From Meiothermus sp. (GTDB lineage: Bacteria > Deinococcota > Deinococci > Deinococcales > Thermaceae), in NCBI GenBank assembly GCA_033762915.1, contig JANRLD010000005.1, forward strand, positions 1 to 64,000: DNA of 64,000 bases, in the 5' to 3' direction. The notes beneath the pieces were generated by a model, which saw nothing but the letters and a program-made list of their open reading frames with translations, was not told where the DNA came from and ran no database searches. Position 1 is the first letter of the stretch. Each line of letters opens with the position of its first letter. Shown piece by piece: positions 1-10,514 of this stretch. The position numbers and the translations under genes were made by a program.

Positions 1-588
1 CAGGAAGGACAGCGCCAGCACCTTGACGGCGGGGTGGCGGTTGACGAACTCGTAGATGGCCTTGGAGGCGACAAGCATGATGATGACCGAGAGCAGCACT
101 GCCGCGACCATTACCCCGATGTAGGGCGTCATCCCCACTGCGGTGATCACCGAGTCCACCGAGAACACCAGGTCCAGCAGCATGATCTGGGCGATGACCG
201 CCCCGAAGGTGGGGGCCACCTTGGCCACCGTGTGGCCCTCCTCGCCCTCGAGCTTATCGTGGATCTCCTTAGTGGCCTTGTAGATCAGAAACACCCCGCC
301 CAGGATCAGGATGATGTCCTTGCCGGATATGCCCAGCCCCAGGACCGTGAAGAGGTCGTTCTGGAGGGTAACGATCCAGCCGATGGTCAGGAGCAGCAAC
401 AGCCGCATGCCCGCTGCCGCCAGGATTCCAACCTGGCGGGCGCGGTCTTGCTGCTCCTTGGGCAGCTTGGAGGCCAGGATGCTGATGAAGATCACGTTGT
501 CCACCCCGAGCACGATCTCGAGGGCGGCCAGGGTAATGAAGGCAATTGCTACCTCGGTTAAGAGCTGCGGATTAGAAAAGATTTCCAT
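1..588 (-). CDS. TerC family integral membrane protein (3' part runs off the window)
   Basis: Manual translation from ATG at 588: MEIFSNPQLL...LEIVLGVDNVIFISILASKLP...LDLVFSVDSVITAVG, carrying both TerC motifs. TATTGT lies 7 nt upstream of the ATG. Not in the ORF track because it is open at the edge. Confidence 0.9.
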   Translation of the reverse strand, partial: MEIFSNPQLLTEVAIAFITLAALEIVLGVDNVIFISILASKLPKEQQDRARQVGILAAAGMRLLLLLTIGWIVTLQNDLFTVLGLGISGKDIILILGGVFLIYKATKEIHDKLEGEEGHTVAKVAPTFGAVIAQIMLLDLVFSVDSVITAVGMTPYIGVMVAAVLLSVIIMLVASKAIYEFVNRHPAVKVLALSFL

Positions 589-726
589 GCGGGCTACAAT
601 ACGCCCCACCCCCGCCCGTAAGCAAGGTTTGCCCGGCGCCTCTGCGAGTTTGGCAGGTTTACCAAGCTTGTTGAAGCCGGCCCGCATTTCACCGCCCGTC
701 TTCGCTTTTTTTGTAGCATAGACGCG

Positions 727-1707
727 ATGTACGACCTTGTGATTATTGGGGCAGGGCCGGTGGGCCTCGAGGCAGCGATTCAGGCCCAACGCTCCGATCT
801 GAGGACGGTGGTCCTTGAGAAGGGGAGCCTGCTTAACACCATCTACAGCTGGCCTCGAGAGACCGTGTTTTTCAGTGAGGCCAAGAACCTCGAAATCGGC
901 GGCCACCCCTTCCCCAGCCTCCAGCCCAAGCCGACCCGCCGCGAGGCGCTGCAATACTACCGCCGGGTGGCCGAGGTCGAGGGGCTCGAGATTCGCCCCT
1001 ACACCCGGGCCACCTCGGTCCGCCGCGACCTGGGCAGGTTCAAGGTGGACTTCGAAGGCCGGGACGGGGACGGGGAGGTGGGGGGGCGCTTCGTGCTAGT
1101 AGCCACCGGCTACTACGACAACCCCAACCGGCTGGGCGTGCCCGGCGAGGACCTGCCTCACGTCCACTACGGCATCCGCGAGACCCTGCCCTACTGGAAC
1201 CAGCGGGTGGTGATCGTGGGGGGCTCCAACAGCGCCGTCGAGGCCGCCCTCGACCTCTACCGGGCCGGGGCCAGGGTCACGGTCGTCCACCGTGAGCCCG
1301 AGGTTCGGCCTGGTGTCAAGTACTGGCTCAAGCCCGACTTCGAGAACCGTGTCAAGGAAGGCGCAATCGGGCTGGTGCCCGGCGCCGAGGTGCGGGAGGT
1401 GCGGGCCCGGAGTGTGGTTTTGGGACGGGGGGACGGGTCCCCCCCACTGGAGTTGCCCGCCGACTTCGTGATCGTCCACATCGGCTACCGGGCGGTGGAC
1501 GGGCTGCTACAGAGGGCCGGGGTCGAGTACCGGGGGGATGCCCCGGTGCTGTCTGAGGATTACGAGACCAGCCTCCGGGGGCTGTTCGTGGCCGGGAGCG
1601 CGGGCTTCGGCTCGGATACCCGCACGGTCTTCATCGAGAACGGTCGGGAGCACGCCCAGAGGGCGGTCCGGGAGATCGCCCACCGGCTACGCCAGTGCTT
1701 CATCTGA
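727..1707 (+). CDS. ypdA: YpdA family FAD/NADPH disulfide reductase (putative bacillithiol disulfide reductase)
   Basis: GAGPVG FAD motif, ATGYYDNPN, GGSNSA, KYWLKPD and FIENGREH signatures; no CxxC. Confidence 0.85.
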   Translation: MYDLVIIGAGPVGLEAAIQAQRSDLRTVVLEKGSLLNTIYSWPRETVFFSEAKNLEIGGHPFPSLQPKPTRREALQYYRRVAEVEGLEIRPYTRATSVRRDLGRFKVDFEGRDGDGEVGGRFVLVATGYYDNPNRLGVPGEDLPHVHYGIRETLPYWNQRVVIVGGSNSAVEAALDLYRAGARVTVVHREPEVRPGVKYWLKPDFENRVKEGAIGLVPGAEVREVRARSVVLGRGDGSPPLELPADFVIVHIGYRAVDGLLQRAGVEYRGDAPVLSEDYETSLRGLFVAGSAGFGSDTRTVFIENGREHAQRAVREIAHRLRQCFI

Positions 1708-1897
1708 GCGGATGCGTCACCAGATCCCCCACGCGGCGCGCTGCTGTTGGGTAATTCGCGCAAGCCAAGGTGAGTAATGGTCGAAGTTATGTGGGCGTTA
1801 AAGCTGGATAAGGACAATGGTTATCATTGCGCTGTGGCGAGTTGACGATTTAGACTTGACATAAGAGCAGGGGTTGGCTCTGTGCGAGCGGGAATTC

Positions 1898-3232
1898 ATG
1901 GGCGACTCAAATACACGGAGATTATTCGACGACGAGACTGACCGGTGGCTGGCGGGGTTGCCGGAGGCTGCCCTCTGGCTAGATGCCGGGGGGCGGGTGG
2001 GCTGGCTCAACGCGGTGGCGGCCGGGATCGTCCCCGCCGGCGAGCCGCTGGGCAAGCGCCTCGAGGACTGGTTCGAGGGGCCTTTCTTCGACACCCAGAT
2101 GGTTCGGCCCATGAACGCCCTGTGGTGGCAGGGCGGCTACTCCAAAAATTTGCTGGGCATCAACGGCCCCCGCTGGCGCTGGTTCCGCGTCACCCTTGCG
2201 CCCTACCGCGAGGGCCAGCTGTGCGTGCTGACCGAAGTCACCCAGGAGCACAACCAGGCCCTGGCCTACCACAGCAGCCTGGAGGTCTTCTCCAGCCTGC
2301 TGACCCAGGAAGAACGCCCTCAGGGGCTGTTCGAGCGCATCCTGCGCACGGCGGTTGAGGTGGTGCCGGGGGCCGAGGCGGGCAGCCTACTGCTCTTAGA
2401 GGAGGGCCGTTTCCGCTTCATGGCCCAGATCGGCTTCGACCCCCAGGTGATCTCGAGCACCCTGGACTACAACGACGAGCTGAGCTGGTACGGCCTGGGC
2501 AAGAGCAACTGGCTGAGCGGCAAGCCCCGGCTGCTGACCGCCCCCGCGCTCCAGCAGCGCTCGCGCAAGCTGGGCCTGCTGGAGTCCCCCTTCGCCGGAC
2601 GCGGGCGCTTGGAAGAACTTCAGGCCACCCTGATGATCCCGGTGGTCTTGCAGGGGCAGGTGCTCGGCACATTCAACCTCGACTCCTTCAGCTCGCCCGA
2701 GTCCTTCCCGCCCGAGGCCCTGGCCGTCGCCCAGACCTTTGCGCTCCAGACCGCCACCGTCATCTACGGGGTCTGGTCGCGCCGCAACCTCTCGCAGATG
2801 GCCCTCTCCGACGCCCTCACTGGGCTGGGTAACCGCCACGCCCTAGAGGAGGACTTCCCCAAACTAAAGGCCCAGTCGGTGCGCCTCGAGCTGCCCCTGG
2901 CCCTGGTCTACTGGGACATGGATGGCCTCAAAAAGATCAACGACCAGCACGGCCACGCCAGCGGCGACCAGGCCCTTAAGATTCTGGCCTCGGCCCTGCG
3001 CGGCGGCAGCCGCCAGAGCGACTCCGCCTACCGCATCGGCGGCGACGAGTTCGTGAGCCTCCACCTCAACCTGCACGAGCGCGAAATCCCCGAGCTGGTG
3101 CAGCGCATTCGTTCCGAGCTGCATACCTCGGTCAGCGTGGGCGCGGTGATGGTCGGGCCCAACACCACCCTGGACAAGGCCCTCAGCCAGGCCGACGAGC
3201 GGATGTACCGCGACAAGCGCAGGGTGAAATAG
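1898..3232 (+). CDS. PAS-like/GAF sensor diguanylate cyclase
   Basis: DALTGLGNR, DMDGLKKINDQHGH and an intact GGDEF with an RxxD I-site (RQSD); GAF-like middle region. Alternative TTG start at 1874. Confidence 0.9.
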   Translation: MGDSNTRRLFDDETDRWLAGLPEAALWLDAGGRVGWLNAVAAGIVPAGEPLGKRLEDWFEGPFFDTQMVRPMNALWWQGGYSKNLLGINGPRWRWFRVTLAPYREGQLCVLTEVTQEHNQALAYHSSLEVFSSLLTQEERPQGLFERILRTAVEVVPGAEAGSLLLLEEGRFRFMAQIGFDPQVISSTLDYNDELSWYGLGKSNWLSGKPRLLTAPALQQRSRKLGLLESPFAGRGRLEELQATLMIPVVLQGQVLGTFNLDSFSSPESFPPEALAVAQTFALQTATVIYGVWSRRNLSQMALSDALTGLGNRHALEEDFPKLKAQSVRLELPLALVYWDMDGLKKINDQHGHASGDQALKILASALRGGSRQSDSAYRIGGDEFVSLHLNLHEREIPELVQRIRSELHTSVSVGAVMVGPNTTLDKALSQADERMYRDKRRVK

Positions 3233-3351
3233 GGCGCTAAGTACCTCCCGCGTATGTCTTGCGTGATTTTTCGCCTACAAGCCACTCAGGGATTGCGCCC
3301 GTAGCCAGCTTATAAAACGGCGGTGATTTGTGCATCTTACGCGGGCGCAAC

Positions 3352-3972
3352 TTAACTCAGCTTCAGCAACACCCGCACCCCGTCGGCCACGTACTGCACC
3401 GCCAGGGCGGCCAGCAGGATGCCCAGCACCCGGGTGACGACGTTGATGCCGGTGCGGCCCAGCGAACTCGAGAACTTGAGCGCCGCTCGCAAGAACCAGT
3501 AGGTCAGGGTCAGCACCAGCGCCGAGATCAGCAGCACCACCCCCACTCCCGCCGCCCCGCCCGGCGCCCCGCCGCTGAGGATCAGCACGCCCGCCAGCGT
3601 CCCCGGCCCGGCGATCAGCGGGATGGCCAGCGGGAAGATGGAGATATCCTGCCGCGAGCGGTTCTCGGCCTGCTCCTCGTCGGTCTCGCGCTCGAGCTGG
3701 GCGTTGATCATGTCCAGGGCGATCTTGAACAGCAGCAGCCCACCCGCCACCTTGAGCGCCTCGAGGCTGATGCCCAGGTAGCGTAGCAGCGCCCCGCCCA
3801 GCAGCGCGAATCCCACGATGATGACCCCAGCCACCACCGTCGAGCGCAGCGCGATCCGCTTCTGCTCGGCGTAGCTGCGGCTCCCCACCAGGGCCAGGAA
3901 CAGCGGGATCAGGCCGATGGGGTCGATCAGCACGAACAGCGTTAGGAAGGCCTGTATGGAGAACTCGAGCAT
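3352..3972 (-). CDS. MarC family membrane protein
   Basis: [20 protein letters not shown] and [14 protein letters not shown] motifs; ATG directly follows the argR stop. Confidence 0.9.
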   Translation of the reverse strand: MLEFSIQAFLTLFVLIDPIGLIPLFLALVGSRSYAEQKRIALRSTVVAGVIIVGFALLGGALLRYLGISLEALKVAGGLLLFKIALDMINAQLERETDEEQAENRSRQDISIFPLAIPLIAGPGTLAGVLILSGGAPGGAAGVGVVLLISALVLTLTYWFLRAALKFSSSLGRTGINVVTRVLGILLAALAVQYVADGVRVLLKLS

Positions 3973-3973
3973 G

Positions 3974-4432
<459 letters not shown>

Positions 4433-4610
4433 GAGGGCTCCAGTGTGGGCGATTATACATAGAGGGCGGGGGATTATACAGGGATAGGGGCTAAGTTGCG
4501 CCAAAGTGAGTTTGCGAAACCCTCCACGCGATAGGGCAGCGAGCGGCTTACCGGCGCAATTCCCTAACGGGCTGCCGGGTGGCATCTCGCATCCCAGCTA
4601 TAGAGACACT

Positions 4611-4703
4611 TATCGCGTTTCCACCTTTACCTCCCTCGCTGCGGCAGGTAATGTACTCCCTACAGCGGTTTTTGCCGTAGGGAGTATGCGTGAGAACCGC
4701 TCA
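4611..4703 (+). mobile_element. MITE-like dispersed repeat, family A, copy 1
   Basis: TATCGCGTTTCC...GAGAACCGCTC ends with two internal hairpins; homologous to copies at 12501, 24276 and 59667. Confidence 0.75.
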
Positions 4704-4758
4704 AGGAGTCGGGGAGAAGAGTCGGAAGCGGGCATAGGGCCTTAAGGCAATGAAGTTA

Positions 4759-4790
4759 CAAAAAGTCCCCCTCCGGCACGGAGGGGGACT
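4759..4790 (-). terminator. Intrinsic terminator of the amine oxidase gene
   Basis: Minus strand AGTCCCCCTCC-GTGCC-GGAGGGGGACT followed by TTTTGT. Confidence 0.75.
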
Positions 4791-4809
4791 GGTGCAAGGT
4801 TTTTGGCGC

Positions 4810-6132
4810 TTACGAGGCGTAGCGCTCGAACACCTGCAGGGAGTTGTACTCCAGGCTGTGGCGGCGCCGGATGGGCTTGATGACGCCGTGTGCGGCTACG
4901 ATTTCTCTGGCGGCCCGTCGGCCGCTGTCGTAGGCCCCGTGGACGGTGGCGGCCCAGGCGTTGGGGGCGGTGTGCTCGCCCGCGAAAAACAGGCGGCCAC
5001 CCACTGGCCTGGCCAGGATGCCGCGGGCCTTGCTGGCGCCAACTCGAGCCAGACTCCAGGCTCCCAGCGTGTAGGGGTCGGCGTGCCAGTGGGCCAGCCG
5101 GGCCTTACTGGGGGTGAGGTCGGGCTGGTTGAGGGCGTGCCGGAGGGTCTGGAGGCCCTGCCTCAGGGCCTGCTCCTCGGGCATCGCCAGCAGCTCCCTG
5201 GCCTTGTCGCCCGTCGCCAGCGAGGTCAGGACTTCCTGCGCCACGCCGTGACCCAGCGTGCTGCTCCACCACTCGTCGGGGTTGGCCCCCGGTACGTACA
5301 GCTCGATGATGCCCGGCGGCAGCACCGGAGCGTCGAAGTGGTAGAAGAGCTTAACCGCGTCGGTCACACCGAGCTGGGCTATGGCCTCGAGCTTATCCGC
5401 CGGCAGTTCGGGAATGAACCTGACCCGGCCCGCTTTCAGTACGCCCAGCGGCAGCGTGATTACCGCCTGGTCGGCGAGGTAGACCCGCCCGTCGGTGGTG
5501 GTGGCCTTGACCCCGAACGCCCCCCACTCTAGGGTATGCAGCACCCGCCCGAGCCGAACGTCCAGCCGGGCTGCCATGCGCTTGGTGAGTCAGTCGTAAC
5601 CGTCGAGGATGCGGAAGTCGCCCTCCTCGGCCGACTTGTCGTACAGGAAATCCAGCGCGGCCTTCGCGCTCAGCTTCCTGGGGTTATCGAAGTCGGAGAT
5701 ATACTCCTGCAGCTTGTAGGGAATCCGGGTTCCCTGCATGGAGTTGCGCTCGAGGTAGCCCCACAGCGACTCCTCCCCGTCCACCTCGGGCCACTCAATC
5801 GCCCGGATGTCCGAGAACCCCCGCACCTCTGCGCCCACGTCGGCGATGGTGCGAATGCTGCCACACGGCAGACGCACGAGCGTGTCGTCCTGCTGGGTGA
5901 TGGCCTGGGTTTTTAGGGAGAATTGGTGGACCAGCGGCCAGGTGGGAACCTGCGAGGAGTGGATGAACTCGGCCCCGAGTTCGATGGGGGTTGCGGCGAA
6001 ACTGCGGTCGGTCTGGATGCGTCCTCCGACGCGGTTGCGGGCTTCAAGCACGACTACCTGGTGGTTCGCTTTGCTCAGGTCTTGGGCAGCGGCTAGGCCT
6101 GCCACCCCGGCTCCTATCACTAGCGTTTTCAT
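4810..6132 (-). pseudogene. Flavin monoamine oxidase family protein interrupted by one in-frame TGA (5590-5592)
   Basis: N-half has GAGVAG and LEARNRVGGR...ELGAEFIH; C-half has FFAGEHT...TVHGAYDSGRRAA. Both halves share a frame: GGT TAC GAC TGA CTC ACC AAG CGC ATG. Confidence 0.8.
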
Positions 6133-6146
6133 TGCGGTGACCGTTT

Positions 6147-6160
6147 TTACACTTGTGTAA
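6147..6160. promoter_or_regulatory. Palindromic operator candidate TTACAC-TT-GTGTAA
   Basis: 6+6 bp inverted repeat about 15 bp upstream of the amine oxidase start. Confidence 0.45.
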
Positions 6161-6772
6161 CCTTTCTTTCGGGACTTGTTTTGGATGCCCGAACATCACC
6201 CTGCCGACTTAGTAGCTCCATCGAGCGGTGGCATACCGCCTGGTGGCAGTTCGTCGTGTTGCGTGGTGCGCTTGAGGCGCGGGTTTGAGATGTGCCGAGA
6301 TGGCGGCACCGGCCAATGGGTTTGTCGCGTCCCCCCTTTGAGATGTGGTTTACCCCAGAGGCGCACCTCGTCGAAACGCGGCTTGGGGTTCTCAACAGTG
6401 TATCAGATGGTGTGGTGGTGGGCCAGTCAAAAACTACACAATTAATGCACCCGGGCCTGGGACGGAAACCCTAGAGATGAGAATCCTGCGAAATTTTTCA
6501 CTTAGCCGTAATGATTCTGAACGCATCACTTTTGCTCAGAGGAATCGGGTCGCCAGGGCAGACCGCCCTGCCGTTATGACCATGCCGGGAGGGATTCCTC
6601 GTCGCAGCAACGATCCCACGGGGGCTGGGAATACCTAAACTGTGCGGCTGAAACCTTTGGGGCAGAACGGTCCGGATACCGGCACCCTTAACGCTCGAGC
6701 CCGCTCTTGTAAAACCCGGCAGGATTGATAGAGTAGGGGTCTGTTATTTCGGCCACCGAGACAAGGGAGCGT

Positions 6773-8125
6773 ATGGCAATAGCACCACTGGAGGGGCGCG
6801 TTCCGCCGCACAATTTGGATGCCGAGGCCAGCGTGTTGGGCTCGGTTCTACTGGATAGCGAGGTGTTGGACCGGCTCGAGGGCCAGATCACCGCCGATGC
6901 TTTCTACAAGGATGCTCACCGACTGATTTGGGAGAGCATGGCCACCCTGCGCCAGCGCCGCGACCCGGTGGACCTGGTGACTGTCTCCGAAGAGTTGCGG
7001 ATCGCCGGAGAACTCGAGAACATCGGCGGCCTCTCCTATCTGGTAGGGCTCTCTGAGGCCACCCCCACGGCGGCCTACGCCGACTATTACGCCCGCATCG
7101 TCTCGGAGAAGTGGACCTTGCGGAAGCTGATCTCGGCGGCGGGTGAGGCCATGAAGATGGCCTTCGACGAGGAGGGCAGCCTCGAGGACATCCTGGACAC
7201 GGCCGGCAGAAAGGTGCTCGAGGTCTCGCTGGCCGGGGCCAAGTCGGACTTCCAGAACATGAAGGAGCTCGTCCACGAGACCTTCGAGCACATCCAGAAC
7301 CTCTACGAGAACAAGGGCCAGACCGACGGGGTGAAGAGCCACTTCCGCGAGCTCGACACCCTGATCGGGGGGCTGGGCGCGGGCTCGCTGAACATCATCG
7401 CCGCGCGCCCGGCGATGGGTAAAACGGCGCTGGCGATGTCCATCGCGCAGAACGTGGCCTTGCGCGGCGGCGGCGCGGTGGCGGTCTTCAACTTCGAGAT
7501 GCCCGCCGTGCAGCTGGTCACCCGCATGATGTGCTCGGAAGCCCGCATCGACATGAACCGGCTGCGCCAGGGCCAGCTCACCGACCGCGACTTCAGCAGG
7601 CTCGTAGACGTAGCGGGAAAAATCTCCGAGGCCCCCATCTTTATCGACGATACCTCCGACATGACCCTGATGGAGCTGCGCTCGAGGTCGCGCAGGCTAC
7701 ACAACCAGCATCGCCTGAGCTTGATCGTCATCGACTACCTCCAGCTCATGTCCGGCCCCAACTCCGGCAAGAACGCCGGCGAGAACCGCCAGCAGGAAAT
7801 CGCCCAGATTTCGCGCGGCCTCAAGCAGTTGGCGAGGGAACTTAACCTGCCTGTCGTCGCGCTGTCCCAGCTGTCCAGGGCGGTGGAGGCCCGCCCCAAT
7901 AAGCGCCCCATGCTCTCCGACCTGAGGGAGTCGGGTTCCATCGAGCAGGACGCCGACCTGGTGATGTTCATCTACCGCGATGAGTACTACAACCAGCACT
8001 CCGAGAAAGCCGGCATCGCCGAGGTCATCGTCGGCAAGCAGCGCAACGGCCCCACCGGCACCGCCGAGCTTCAATACCACGCCCAGCACGTTCGCTTCAA
8101 CGACCTGGCCAAGGACGAAATTTAG
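6773..8125 (+). CDS. dnaB: Replicative DNA helicase
   Basis: PPHNLDAE, ARPAMGKT, IDYLQLM, LSQLSR and SDLRESGSIEQDAD; no intein. Confidence 0.98.
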   Translation: MAIAPLEGRVPPHNLDAEASVLGSVLLDSEVLDRLEGQITADAFYKDAHRLIWESMATLRQRRDPVDLVTVSEELRIAGELENIGGLSYLVGLSEATPTAAYADYYARIVSEKWTLRKLISAAGEAMKMAFDEEGSLEDILDTAGRKVLEVSLAGAKSDFQNMKELVHETFEHIQNLYENKGQTDGVKSHFRELDTLIGGLGAGSLNIIAARPAMGKTALAMSIAQNVALRGGGAVAVFNFEMPAVQLVTRMMCSEARIDMNRLRQGQLTDRDFSRLVDVAGKISEAPIFIDDTSDMTLMELRSRSRRLHNQHRLSLIVIDYLQLMSGPNSGKNAGENRQQEIAQISRGLKQLARELNLPVVALSQLSRAVEARPNKRPMLSDLRESGSIEQDADLVMFIYRDEYYNQHSEKAGIAEVIVGKQRNGPTGTAELQYHAQHVRFNDLAKDEI

Positions 8126-8462
8126 CCCGCCTTAGGCCAGATGAAAGACACGGAACGCTTTGGACGTCGGGTCTGATCTTGGGGCATCTTGCGCTTCCTA
8201 CCCGTGCCATGCCGGGTATTGGTGGCAACCGCTTTAAGTTGCGCCAGGATGAACCTGCGAGATCAGTGGGGGCAACATTTGCATGCCCTTGCGCCATAGA
8301 CGCAGGGCGGCTACCCGGGGCCTAATTCCCCACTTTCGTTTCGGGGCGGCATTTTGCAGGCGAGCTATGAAGACATTTAAATGCAGCCTTATCCGATTTT
8401 TCTCGAGTCTACGTACGGCAAAATGTTGGGATAACCAAGCCCAGCTTGAGTCGGAGGAACCC

Positions 8463-8864
8463 ATGAAGAGATGGATGCTAGCAGTCGCCGCTTTGGCCCT
8501 GGCCTCGTTCGGTTTTTTCAGCCTAAACCAAACCCAAGCCCAGCAGATGCAAGATCACGGCTCGAGCTACCTCGAGTACAGCGCTGAAGCCTTTGGCAAG
8601 GCCAAGGATCAGAAGCGCGTACTCTTCTTCTCGGCCTCCTGGTGCCCCACTTGCCGTGCCGCCAACGCCGAGTTCACGGCAAAGCTGAAAGAAATCCCCA
8701 AGGGCGTGGTGGTCTTCAAGGCCGACTACGACAAGGAGACGGCCCTCAAGCGCCAGTACGGCATCGTCCGGCAGCACACCTTCGTTCTGGTGGACGCCAC
8801 CGGCAAGGCCCTCAAGACCTGGAGCGGCGGCGCAGTTGCGGAGGTCGCGGCAAACACAAAGTGA
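8463..8864 (+). CDS. Exported thioredoxin-like protein
   Basis: GGAGG RBS, signal peptide, WCPTC motif. Confidence 0.88.
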   Translation: MKRWMLAVAALALASFGFFSLNQTQAQQMQDHGSSYLEYSAEAFGKAKDQKRVLFFSASWCPTCRAANAEFTAKLKEIPKGVVVFKADYDKETALKRQYGIVRQHTFVLVDATGKALKTWSGGAVAEVAANTK

Positions 8865-8937
8865 GGCAAGGGCAGCACTGAACCGGGGAGTGCAGAGGTC
8901 TGCCCCGCAGCCCCACGGTTCTCCTGGCGCATCCCCG

Positions 8938-9011
8938 GCACGCTACGGCGGTACGCATCTCTAGAATCTCGAGGCCGAAGTCCGCCCGCCGCACCTGCGG
9001 GGTCGGTACGG
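8938..9011 (-). repeat. Degenerate intergenic repeat, family B, copy 1
   Basis: Reverse complement CCGTACCGACC...GCGGCGGGCGGACTTCGGCC...CCGCCGTA resembles 26907-26990. Confidence 0.5.
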
Positions 9012-9039
9012 CCGTCAACAGCCTCAGCAGCCACCCATC

Positions 9040-9756
9040 ATGCTAACAGCCTTCTTCGCCTTCCTCTCCGGCATCGTCACGGTGGCCTCACCGTGCGTGC
9101 TGCCGGTGTTGCCCTTTCTGCTCTCGGGCTCGATCGGGGGCAGGCTTCGGCCCTACGGCATCGTCGCGGGGTTCGTCCTTTCCTTCACCCTGCTCACCCT
9201 GTTCCTGAGCGCACTCGTGGGGGCGCTGGGGATTCCGGCGGACACCCTACGGATGGTTTCGGTTGTGATGCTCCTGGGGTTCGGGCTGGTGCTGCTCGTT
9301 CCCCAACTGCACAGGCTATACGAGGGCACCGCCAGCCGCAGCCTGGGCGGCCTCAAGCAGGTTCAGGGTGACGGGTTCTGGGGCGGCGCGCTGGTGGGCC
9401 TTACCCTGGGAGTGTTGTGGTCGCCCTGCGTGGGGCCGATCATGGCCGGTGTGATCTCGCTGGCCCTGAGCGGTAACCTGACGGGCCAGGCGGCCTTCAC
9501 CACCCTGGCGTTCTCGCTGGGAACCGCCATCCCCATGCTGGCGGTGATGCTGGGCGGGCGCAAGCTCCTGGGCCGCGTCCCCTGGCTGATGAACAACCTC
9601 GGGCGCGTCCAGCGCGGCTTCGGGGTGGTGATGGTGCTGTTCGCGGTAGGGTTCTTTTTCGGCGCAGACCGCGCTGTTCAGACCTGGGTGCTCGACACCT
9701 TCCCGCAGTACGAGGCGTTTCTGACCAGGCTTGAGGGGGCGGCCCCGCGCCAGTAG
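9040..9756 (+). CDS. ccdA: Cytochrome c biogenesis CcdA / DsbD-beta family protein
   Basis: SPCVLPVLP and WSPCVGP redox cysteine motifs; about 6 TM segments. Confidence 0.9.
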   Translation: MLTAFFAFLSGIVTVASPCVLPVLPFLLSGSIGGRLRPYGIVAGFVLSFTLLTLFLSALVGALGIPADTLRMVSVVMLLGFGLVLLVPQLHRLYEGTASRSLGGLKQVQGDGFWGGALVGLTLGVLWSPCVGPIMAGVISLALSGNLTGQAAFTTLAFSLGTAIPMLAVMLGGRKLLGRVPWLMNNLGRVQRGFGVVMVLFAVGFFFGADRAVQTWVLDTFPQYEAFLTRLEGAAPRQ

Positions 9757-9874
9757 CGCGAGGAAAGAGAAACCCTGATGCGGCTGCCTTCTCCCTCCTT
9801 GATCCTCCTCCGACACCCGAACCTTTAACTCTGCCCTCTTCCATCTTGCATCGCTCTCCCGTAGGCTAAGACCC

Positions 9875-10192
9875 ATGAAGGTCTTGAATGGCCTGGCCTT
9901 CCTGATCACCCTGGCGGTGGCGGTGGCGGCTTGGTTTTTGTACACCTTTGAGCCGGGGCTTCTGCTGGGCACGCCCTGGGGCTCGCTGCACGTGGCCTTC
10001 TTGATCGCGGCCTCGTTTTTGCTGGGGGCTGCCGTGGTGGGGGTTTATGTGCTGACCGGCTGGGTCGGCTACCAGTCCACCCTGCGCCGCCGGGGCCGCG
10101 AACTCCGCAAAACCCAAAGCGAGCTCGAGACCCTCCGCAACCAGCCCGCGCCGCAGCCCGAAGTCAAGGTGACGGTAACGCCCGATCCCTAG
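9875..10192 (+). CDS. LapA/DUF1049-like small membrane protein
   Basis: Two TM helices followed by a basic coiled coil; TAGGCT 7 nt upstream of the ATG. Confidence 0.65.
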   Translation: MKVLNGLAFLITLAVAVAAWFLYTFEPGLLLGTPWGSLHVAFLIAASFLLGAAVVGVYVLTGWVGYQSTLRRRGRELRKTQSELETLRNQPAPQPEVKVTVTPDP

Positions 10193-10327
10193 TCGGGCGG
10201 CCAACAGCGGACACACGCAACGGCCACGGATTTATTCCTGAGGTTTCCACCGAACCACACCCGCTAAGTGTCTCCATGGTTGAAATGCGAACTATCGCCT
10301 ACCAGATCCCGCAGGGAATTGCGCCTC

Positions 10328-10409
10328 GGGTAGCCGCCCTGCGGCTATGGCGCACGCCACTCCGCCCCGGGTAGCCGCTCTGCGGCTATGGCGCACGCCA
10401 CTCCGCCCC
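10328..10409. repeat. 41-bp tandem duplication containing a hairpin
   Basis: GGGTAGCCGCYCTGCGGCTATGGCGCACGCCACTCCGCCCC twice with one mismatch; internal TAGCCGC/GCGGCTA stem. Confidence 0.9.
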
Positions 10410-10514
10410 GGCACATATTTACCGTATCCGCCAATACCGTACTTCTACCCTGGCGCCACTTAGACTCTGCCTGATCCTCATTCGCCCCTGTCCGTCCGCT
10501 GTTCGCCGCCTGCC

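Noticed and set aside
34..561. 175-aa plus-strand ORF
   Set aside because: Antisense shadow of the TerC gene on the minus strand.
5590..5592. Selenocysteine codon
   Set aside because: Not an expected Cys position in this family and no convincing SECIS; a nonsense change is simpler.
6200..6372. Canonical lysine riboswitch
   Set aside because: Only scattered motif fragments; the P2 region is far too short, GCCGAA is missing, and GAGGTGCG lies in a competing hairpin. Kept only as an unknown leader candidate.
6773..8125. Intein in DnaB
   Set aside because: Normal 450-aa length with contiguous motifs.
10328..10409. Mini CRISPR array
   Set aside because: Units are directly adjacent with no spacers and there are no cas genes.
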